A stretch of 64,000 nucleotides of DNA from Torpedo marmorata (Eukaryota): the NCBI GenBank assembly GCA_977017645.1, contig OZ360227.1, forward strand, positions 98,704,001 through 98,768,000. The letters are read 5' to 3'. Position numbers and translations under genes: made by a program. The first letter of the stretch is position 1. Every line of letters begins with the position of its first letter. Under the pieces are notes generated by a model. That model saw only the letters and a list, made by a program, of their open reading frames with translations, was not told the origin of the DNA and searched no databases. Shown piece by piece: positions 61,401 to 64,000 of this stretch.

Positions 61401-63667
61401 ACAGTGCTACCAAAGATTGATTTGGTAGGTATACCTCAAAGGACTGTCACAGTACATGTTGGTAGGCCTATTGAACTGTCCATTCCAATAAGTGGTCGTC
61501 CACCTCCTAGTGCATCTTGGTATTATGAAGGTACTAAATTGAAAGAAAGTGATCGCATCAAAGTAGAAAGATTTGCAAAGATAATCAATCTTACTGTGCG
61601 TGAAACTACCATTGATGATACTGGTGACTACATGCTTGAACTGAAAAATGTTGCTGGAACTACAACTGAATCCATCAAAGTGATTATTCTTGGTAAGTTT
61701 TTTTTCTTTCAAATTCTATTTTAAAATGTTACAAATGTGGCAATGAACTACCCATAAAGTTTTTTTTTGAGTCTTGGATAATTGTATCAATTAATTTACA
61801 GATAAACCAGGACCACCTAAAGGCTCAATTAACATTGATGAAATTGATGCCACCACTGTCACAATTAGTTGGGAACCACCAGAGAAAGATGGTGGTGCCA
61901 CCATCAGTGGTTATGTTGTGGAACAACGTGATGCTCATCACCCAGGATGGCTGCCAGTGTCCGAATCTGTTACCAGGAATACATTCAAGTTTACCAGATT
62001 AACTGAGGGCACTGAATATGTATTCCGTGTTGCTGCCACAAATCGTTTTGGTATTGGATCATTCTTACAGTCTAGCATTGTTGAATGCAAGAGTGCCATA
62101 AGTAAGTGCAAAATTGGAACATTTTACTGGTAGAGAAGCCAGGATATTAAAATATGGATTGCTTTTTGTGAAGATCAATTATAATACCCTTTCAATGGCT
62201 TTTGTAATAAGTAGCAATTTCATATTAGGCAAATGGTTTCAGGTGAACACACATTTTTCCTGAATTGTTAGAATCATTAATGTTTAATAGATTTAATAGA
62301 ATTGTTAGAATCACTAATGTTTAGTAATACTTTTAGAAAAATATTTTATAAATATTTCCTTATGAGTCACTAGGTAATATCTTTTGTACAAAGCGCATTT
62401 CCCTTTTCCCTGCAGATGTGCCTGAACCCACTGGTACTCCTCATGTATTTGATTTCTCTCGTGATGGTATGACAATTACCTGGGAACCACCAATTGAAGA
62501 TGGCGGTTCTCCAATTACTGGTTACATCATTGAACGCAAAGAGTTAAGGGCTGATCGATGGGTGAGAGTCAACAAAGTGCTTGTGACTATGACAAGGTAC
62601 CGTTCTACTGGTCTTATTGAAGGATTAGAATATGAACACCGTGTGACAGCTGTGAATGCTAGAGGGGCTAGCAAACCAAGCAGACCGTCCAAATCTGCAG
62701 TTGCCATGGACCCAATAGGTAACGTTTTAACTTAAATGTTAATTTTTAAGTATAAAAATCTATTGTTCAAACCTTTTTTCATGATTAGAATTAACTCTTT
62801 CACTTTGTTTCTCAAATATCAATAACTTTCTTCAGATTATTTTTATGGATTTTTTTTTAATTAGCTGCTTTCTTTTCTGGTGCCAAGGTGGATATGCCAC
62901 TGTAGAAATGCTGCATTTTACACTGTGGTAGGAAGTTTTTAATATGTTGAGAATAATTCCTGGAAACCACATTGCCTGGATAAACTGCACATCTTTGGTT
63001 AAATTATTTGGGGCCATAAAATCATCCAATGATATTTGTTTGCTTTGCCAGTAAGTGCTATCATCTGTTTGATTGTGGAGAACCTGAAAACATAACATAC
63101 ATGTCCAATAGGAGGTATTTAATAAAAATCAAGAAACATATCCTGACCTATTTTCTCATTACTAGCTAAAAAGAGCTGAACCTACTTGCATGGCCAATCA
63201 CAAGCCTAAATTAAATCAACTAATACAAACCATGGATCAAACCTTGACTTCCTGTTCCTCATTTGTACGCTAATTGAAATCACTGGGCATTATTTGTAAA
63301 TGTATGTTAATTATACTACTTACATTAGAATCAGTATGGCTAATTTCATTCACTGTTTCTGTAGATCCACCTGGCAAACCACAGAATCCAAGAGTTACGG
63401 ACACAACTAGAACATCCATATCTGTGGCATGGAGTCCACCAGAAGAGGAAGGTGGTTCCAAGGTCACAGGCTATCTTATTGAGATGCAGAAGGTTGACCA
63501 GTATGAATGGACTAAATGCAACACTACTCCAACAAAGATCTGTGAATACACCCTGACTCATATGCCACAGGGAGCTGAGTATAGGTTCCGTGTTAAAGCA
63601 GTTAATGCTGGTGGTCCTGGTGAGCCAGCAGATGTGCCAGGAAGTGTTAAAGTCACTGAAATGCTAG
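94..63667 (+). CDS. ttn: Titin (connectin), A-band segment; 62 spliced exons, gene continues beyond both window edges
   Basis: Unbroken chain of Fn3 (PGPP..W..P..DGGS.I..Y.VEK..W..Y.FRV.A.N..G.G.P) and I-set Ig (P.I.LD..V.AG..GRP.P...W.K..D.G.Y) domains in 7- and 11-domain super-repeats; all exons GT-AG and join in frame. Confidence 0.99.
581..2172 (+). mobile_element. L1-clade LINE ORF2 fragment (RT C-half to CCHC zinc knuckle), inactive, truncated at both ends
   Basis: ORFs 549,828,1254,1608 share one frame: [65 protein letters not shown]; split by stop codons. Confidence 0.93.
2314..2628 (+). CDS. ttn: titin exon ~291 (Fn3, A20), 315 nt
   Basis: ttacag|CT..ATAG|gtgagc; Fn3 motifs. Confidence 0.95.
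2920..3068 (+). CDS. ttn: titin exon ~292 (N-half of Fn3 A21), 149 nt
   Basis: aaatag|CA..GAGAAG|gtaaat; phase-0 donor. Confidence 0.95.
3231..3604. mobile_element. Non-autonomous hAT (Charlie-type) MITE, 374 nt
   Basis: Termini CAGTGGTTTTCAAACT..AGTTTGAAAACCACTG; about 130-nt inverted arms; 8-bp TSD ctttagag/ctttggag (1 mismatch). Confidence 0.92.
4192..4342 (+). CDS. ttn: titin exon ~293 (C-half of Fn3 A21), 151 nt
   Basis: tcacag|GTT..ACCG|gtaaaa; [20 protein letters not shown]. Confidence 0.95.
4432..4713 (+). CDS. ttn: titin exon ~294 (Ig, A22), 282 nt
   Basis: ttccag|TC..TTAG|gtaagt; Ig motifs. Confidence 0.93.
4798..5100 (+). CDS. ttn: titin exon ~295 (Fn3, A23), 303 nt
   Basis: ttacag|AT..GTGT|gtaagt. 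Confidence 0.95.
5197..5499 (+). CDS. ttn: titin exon ~296 (Fn3, A24), 303 nt
   Basis: ttatag|CT..CTTG|gtaaga. Confidence 0.95.
5575..5856 (+). CDS. ttn: titin exon ~297 (Ig, A25), 282 nt
   Basis: cttcag|AA..GTTG|gtaagt. Confidence 0.95.
5940..6239 (+). CDS. ttn: titin exon ~298 (Fn3, A26), 300 nt
   Basis: tttcag|AT..TATA|gtaagt. Confidence 0.95.
6534..6836 (+). CDS. ttn: titin exon ~299 (Fn3, A27), 303 nt
   Basis: ttcaaag|GG..ATTG|gtatat. Confidence 0.93.
6936..7244 (+). CDS. ttn: titin exon ~300 (Fn3, A28), 309 nt
   Basis: atttag|TT..CTTG|gtaagt. Confidence 0.95.
7347..7628 (+). CDS. ttn: titin exon ~301 (Ig, A29), 282 nt
   Basis: ttacag|AG..TTAG|gtaata. Confidence 0.95.
7722..8021 (+). 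CDS. ttn: titin exon ~302 (Fn3, A30), 300 nt
   Basis: tttcag|AT..ATAT|gtaagt. Confidence 0.95.
8121..8414 (+). CDS. ttn: titin exon ~303 (Fn3, A31), 294 nt
   Basis: ttatag|CT..TTAG|gttggt. Confidence 0.94.
8506..11472 (+). CDS. ttn: titin exon ~304 (10 domains Ig-Fn-Fn-Fn-Ig-Fn-Fn-Ig-Fn-Fn, A32-A41), 2967 nt
   Basis: ORF 8505..11507; ttatag|TG..ATGG|gtatat. Confidence 0.96.
11582..11902 (+). CDS. ttn: titin exon ~305 (Fn3, A42; end of D-zone), 321 nt
   Basis: acacag|AA..TTAG|gtatgc. Confidence 0.95.
12016..12300 (+). CDS. ttn: titin exon ~306 (Ig, A43; start of C-zone repeat C1), 285 nt
   Basis: tttcag|AA..CTGG|gtgagt; [21 protein letters not shown]. Confidence 0.95.
13398..13449. repeat. 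(TA)n microsatellite, about 25 units with one interruption
   Basis: tatatatatatctatatata.. read directly. Confidence 0.97.
13806..14069 (-). mobile_element. tRNA-derived V-domain SINE (HE1-like, elasmobranch), near full length
   Basis: Minus strand: gggcggcac..A box..GGTTCGAATCC B box..V core ctgtaaggagtttgtacgttctccccgtgtctgcgtggg..CR1-like tail gtgctgtatgtctaaatttaaa; flanks atattaaat/atattcaat may be a TSD. Confidence 0.9.
14367..15160 (-). mobile_element. CR1 LINE 3' fragment (ORF2 end and 3' UTR), 5'-truncated
   Basis: Reverse complement resembles the 59349-60136 copy (gtggtggaagcagata, ttttagtttaaatt, gttctatgtt tail). Confidence 0.85.
15477..15776 (+). CDS. ttn: titin exon ~307 (Fn3, A44), 300 nt
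   Basis: ttccag|AT..GTCA|gtaagt. Confidence 0.95.
15904..16206 (+). CDS. ttn: titin exon ~308 (Fn3, A45), 303 nt
   Basis: ttttag|GT..CTGA|gtaagt. Confidence 0.95.
16865..17058 (-). mobile_element. Decayed Deu-domain SINE (SacSINE1/AmnSINE1-like) fragment
   Basis: cagccaat..cagcaaaatctcaccaacag..gcctcaatttaa..tgcagcactc..ggagtg..gcctgg resembles the reverse-strand Deu-SINE consensus as I recall it. Confidence 0.6.
17127..17844. other. Assembly gap (718 N), preceded by TA/GA-rich microsatellite-like sequence
   Basis: Run of N in the intron between exons ~308 and ~309. Confidence 1.
18024..18299 (+). CDS. ttn: titin exon ~309 (Ig, A46), 276 nt
   Basis: taacag|TG..ATGG|gtttgt. Confidence 0.93.
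18429..18728 (+). CDS. ttn: titin exon ~310 (Fn3, A47), 300 nt
   Basis: tttcag|AT..TTTG|gtaagc. Confidence 0.95.
18815..19117 (+). CDS. ttn: titin exon ~311 (Fn3, A48), 303 nt
   Basis: caacag|AC..GTTG|gtaaat. Confidence 0.95.
19231..19530 (+). CDS. ttn: titin exon ~312 (Fn3, A49), 300 nt
   Basis: caacag|AT..CATG|gtaaca. Confidence 0.95.
19665..19952 (+). CDS. ttn: titin exon ~313 (Ig, A50), 288 nt
   Basis: ttacag|TT..CTCG|gtaata. Confidence 0.95.
20214..20510 (+). CDS. ttn: titin exon ~314 (Fn3, A51), 297 nt; absent from the ORF track
   Basis: aaatag|AT AAA CCT GGT CCA..TTTG|gtaaat; [45 protein letters not shown]. Confidence 0.95.
20601..20903 (+). CDS. ttn: titin exon ~315 (Fn3, A52), 303 nt
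   Basis: ttgaag|AC..CAAT|gtaagc. Confidence 0.94.
21004..21309 (+). CDS. ttn: titin exon ~316 (Fn3, A53), 306 nt
   Basis: atttag|AT..TTGA|gtaagt. Confidence 0.95.
21810..22010 (-). mobile_element. CR1 LINE 3' end relic
   Basis: ggagtagg..gatcatggctg..tgtaacctcaact..ccttaaaaatat..gagagttc matches a reverse-strand CR1 3' UTR as I recall it. Confidence 0.65.
22137..22424 (+). CDS. ttn: titin exon ~317 (Ig, A54; start of C2), 288 nt
   Basis: gaacag|TT..CTTG|gtaagt. Confidence 0.95.
22538..22828 (+). CDS. ttn: titin exon ~318 (Fn3, A55), 291 nt
   Basis: aatcag|AC..TCAG|gtgagg. Confidence 0.95.
22938..23225 (+). CDS. ttn: titin exon ~319 (Fn3, A56), 288 nt
   Basis: atacag|AG..GTTG|gtgagt. Confidence 0.95.
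23530..23842 (-). mobile_element. Decayed Deu-domain SINE (SacSINE1-like)
   Basis: cctcag..ttacagcca..tcagcctagattatgtgct..taactgagaca resembles the reverse-strand Deu-SINE consensus as I recall it. Confidence 0.55.
24335..24595 (+). mobile_element. Rex1/Babar LINE 3' end
   Basis: aaggacagtttctctcctgctgttatcagactc (KDSFxPAVIRL) followed by UTR ggatagcac..cactgtatc..aataaa..caattcaa. Confidence 0.7.
25040..25250 (+). mobile_element. Decayed CR1 ORF2 C-terminal relic
   Basis: ttggatgtccagatccataaatcattaaa..agacctcat..gtattgcattgagttc resembles LGVxIHKSLK..RPHLEYCxQF. Confidence 0.5.
25402..25438. repeat. 13-bp tandem repeat, about 3 copies (tatgttcatRttg)
   Basis: tatgttcatattg tatgttcatgttg tatgttcatat. 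Confidence 0.85.
25525..25680 (-). mobile_element. Rex1/Babar LINE 3' UTR fragment
   Basis: Reverse complement cttgcttggatagcacacaaaacaaagcttttcactgcacc..gtgacaataaacaattcc; same family as 24335-24595. Confidence 0.7.
25814..26401 (+). CDS. ttn: titin exon ~320 (Ig+Fn3, A57-A58), 588 nt
   Basis: gaacag|TT..TTTG|gtaagc. Confidence 0.95.
26493..26597 (+). CDS. ttn: titin exon ~321 (N-part of Fn3 A59), 105 nt
   Basis: ctcaag|AT..ACAG|gtacaa; [35 protein letters not shown]. Confidence 0.92.
26678..26875 (+). CDS. ttn: titin exon ~322 (C-part of Fn3 A59), 198 nt
   Basis: caacag|GT..ATTG|gtaagt. Confidence 0.94.
26966..27262 (+). CDS. ttn: titin exon ~323 (Fn3, A60), 297 nt
   Basis: tttcag|AT..TTTG|gtatgt. 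Confidence 0.95.
27355..27942 (+). CDS. ttn: titin exon ~324 (Ig+Fn3, A61-A62), 588 nt
   Basis: ccatag|TG..TTTG|gtaatc. Confidence 0.95.
28038..28340 (+). CDS. ttn: titin exon ~325 (Fn3, A63), 303 nt
   Basis: tttcag|GT..GCAT|gtaagg. Confidence 0.95.
28441..45546 (+). CDS. ttn: titin giant exon ~326 (58 domains, A64-A121; includes complete super-repeats C3-C7), 17,106 nt
   Basis: ORF 28443..45572 (5709 aa) with no stop; ttacag|AT at 28441; ACAG|gtaatt at 45546. Confidence 0.98.
46245..46495 (+). mobile_element. tRNA-derived V-domain SINE (HE1-like), slightly 5'-truncated
   Basis: B box ggagttcgaatcc; V core ctgtaaggagtttgtacgttctccccgtgtctgcgtggg; tail ccgtgctgtatgtctaaattttaaa; highly similar to the 13806-14069 copy. 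Confidence 0.92.
46740..47738 (+). mobile_element. CR1 LINE ORF2 fragment (APE endonuclease fused by deletion to RT start), interrupted by a SINE
   Basis: WDWDII..NVPGYR..RGRGV..EAIWV..RP..GDFNF..PTREGATL, then GIL.., [32 protein letters not shown]. Confidence 0.88.
47285..47521 (-). mobile_element. tRNA-derived V-domain SINE (HE1-like, more diverged), nested in CR1
   Basis: Minus strand ggcacgtttagcgtagcagttagcgc..ccaggttcgaacctgg..taaggagttgg..ttctccccatctctgcatggg..tail. Confidence 0.88.
47770..47960 (-). mobile_element. Decayed CR1 3' ORF relic
   Basis: ttctgcact..cttcacgtccttcc..ccagtgttttata..cataacttc..tgcttttg resembles reverse-strand CR1. Confidence 0.5.
48168..48464 (+). CDS. ttn: titin exon ~327 (Fn3, A122), 297 nt
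   Basis: tttcag|AA..CTTG|gtaatt. Confidence 0.95.
48632..49219 (+). CDS. ttn: titin exon ~328 (Ig+Fn3, A123-A124), 588 nt
   Basis: tttcag|AA..TATA|gtaagt. Confidence 0.95.
49328..49630 (+). CDS. ttn: titin exon ~329 (Fn3, A125), 303 nt
   Basis: ttttag|CA..TGTG|gtaagt. Confidence 0.95.
49758..50054 (+). CDS. ttn: titin exon ~330 (Fn3, A126), 297 nt
   Basis: tttcag|AG..TTTG|gtaagt. Confidence 0.95.
50152..50439 (+). CDS. ttn: titin exon ~331 (Ig, A127), 288 nt
   Basis: gcatag|GT..CTAG|gtatgt. Confidence 0.94.
50533..50832 (+). CDS. ttn: titin exon ~332 (Fn3, A128), 300 nt
   Basis: tttcag|AC..TTTG|gtaaga. Confidence 0.95.
50917..51219 (+). CDS. ttn: titin exon ~333 (Fn3, A129), 303 nt
   Basis: caatag|TT..ATTG|gtatgt. 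Confidence 0.95.
51314..51619 (+). CDS. ttn: titin exon ~334 (Fn3, A130), 306 nt
   Basis: ttgtag|AT..CTTG|gtaagc. Confidence 0.95.
51689..51706. repeat. (AT)9 microsatellite near a 3' splice site
   Basis: atatatatatatatatat read directly. Confidence 0.9.
51720..53486 (+). CDS. ttn: titin exon ~335 (Ig-Fn-Fn-Ig-Fn-Fn, A131-A136; start of C9), 1767 nt
   Basis: ctacag|AG..GTTG|gtaagt; ORF 51794..53515. Confidence 0.96.
53622..53915 (+). CDS. ttn: titin exon ~336 (Fn3, A137), 294 nt
   Basis: catcag|AT..AGCA|gtaagt. Confidence 0.95.
54018..54305 (+). CDS. ttn: titin exon ~337 (Ig, A138), 288 nt
   Basis: tcacag|TA..CAAG|gtaatt. Confidence 0.95.
54419..54718 (+). CDS. ttn: titin exon ~338 (Fn3, A139), 300 nt
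   Basis: gtttag|AC..TACA|gtacgt. Confidence 0.93.
54819..56882 (+). CDS. ttn: titin exon ~339 (Fn-Fn-Ig-Fn-Fn-Ig-Fn, A140-A146), 2064 nt
   Basis: tcacag|CT..TTTG|gtaagt; ORF 54701..56935. Confidence 0.96.
56984..57286 (+). CDS. ttn: titin exon ~340 (Fn3, A147), 303 nt
   Basis: ctctag|TT..GTTG|gtaaga. Confidence 0.95.
57370..57675 (+). CDS. ttn: titin exon ~341 (Fn3, A148), 306 nt
   Basis: gtaaag|AT..TACG|gtatgc (weak acceptor). Confidence 0.92.
57781..58071 (+). CDS. ttn: titin exon ~342 (Ig, A149), 291 nt
   Basis: ttacag|TG..CTAG|gtatgt. Confidence 0.95.
58180..58479 (+). CDS. ttn: titin exon ~343 (Fn3, A150), 300 nt
   Basis: atctag|AT..TACA|gtacgt. Confidence 0.93.
58570..58875 (+). 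CDS. ttn: titin exon ~344 (Fn3, A151), 306 nt
   Basis: aaacag|CC..ACAT|gtaagt. Confidence 0.95.
58960..59265 (+). CDS. ttn: titin exon ~345 (Fn3, A152), 306 nt
   Basis: atatag|AT..ATAG|gtaagt. Confidence 0.93.
59349..60136 (+). mobile_element. 5'-truncated CR1 LINE (ORF2 C-terminus and 3' UTR) with 9-bp target-site duplication
   Basis: [37 protein letters not shown]; tail gttctatgttct; TAAAATATG at 59340-59348 and 60137-60145. Confidence 0.92.
60305..60586 (+). CDS. ttn: titin exon ~346 (Ig, A153; start of C11), 282 nt
   Basis: ttctag|AA..TATG|gtatgt. Confidence 0.95.
60683..61276 (+). CDS. ttn: titin exon ~347 (Fn3-Fn3, A154-A155), 594 nt
   Basis: tctcag|AT..AAAG|gtattt. Confidence 0.94.
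61405..61692 (+). CDS. ttn: titin exon ~348 (Ig, A156), 288 nt
   Basis: caacag|TG..CTTG|gtaagt. Confidence 0.95.
61802..62101 (+). CDS. ttn: titin exon ~349 (Fn3, A157), 300 nt
   Basis: ttacag|AT..ATAA|gtaagt. Confidence 0.95.
62262..62323. repeat. 25-bp direct duplication (gaattgttagaatcaYtaatgttta x2)
   Basis: Copies at 62262-62286 and 62299-62323. Confidence 0.85.
62416..62718 (+). CDS. ttn: titin exon ~350 (Fn3, A158), 303 nt
   Basis: ctgcag|AT..ATAG|gtaacg. Confidence 0.95.
63365..63667 (+). CDS. ttn: titin exon ~351 (Fn3, A159), 303 nt; next acceptor (ttatag) at 63999
   Basis: ctgtag|AT..CTAG|gtgaga. Confidence 0.95.
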
Positions 63668-64000
63668 GTGAGAAATCTTGTTTTGTGCTCAGCTACGTAT
63701 ATCTGTTCAATTGTACAGGGGAACTCACATTTGTCAGACATCCATTAGTATGAAAAATAACCTCCATCTTTTGATGCTGTTGATTTAATTTGATCTTTGT
63801 TAGATTAATGATGAAAGTAGAAATTATGCCAATAAATTTACAGCCAAATTTGCATGCCAATTAAACTACATCCATTTTTTGCTTAAAACCCATGTTTAAA
63901 TTTGGAGTTTTTGTGTTTTCTTTGGTGCAACTTAGCTATTGGGTGACCCAATGGCTGTGCTTACTTTTTAATATGAAATTTGAATTTTTTTTCTTATAGA

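Noticed and set aside
1-64000. Cronos internal promoter, titin kinase, non-canonical (GC-AG/AT-AC) introns
   Set aside because: Cronos lies upstream near the I/A junction and the kinase lies downstream of this window; all introns traced are GT-AG

Overview
Eukaryotic (vertebrate) genomic DNA lying entirely inside the titin gene (ttn, + strand), A-band region. I traced 62 consecutive complete GT-AG exons (94..63667; 41,751 coding nt, about 13,917 aa, about 141 Ig/Fn3 domains). By my recollection of the human TTN meta-transcript they match exons 290-351 (domains A19-A159: end of D-zone repeat 3, D4-D6, C-zone super-repeats C1-C10 and most of C11). They include the giant exon 28441..45546 (17,106 nt, the same length as human exon 326). 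Exon and domain numbers are inferred from memory of the human gene, not from a database search. Most introns are about 75-300 nt. The longer ones carry decayed transposons: an L1 ORF2 fragment, several CR1 LINEs, Rex1/Babar 3' ends, three HE1/V-type tRNA SINEs, Deu-domain SINE relics and a doubly palindromic hAT MITE. This repeat set points to a cartilaginous fish, probably a ray or skate (inference). One 718-nt assembly gap lies in an intron. I found no prokaryote-type features and no clearly new biological system. The best leads are the giant-exon conservation, the nested-palindrome MITE, an unexplained intronic hairpin, inverted SINE pairs around the giant exon, in-frame stop-free short introns and a possible antisense exon.
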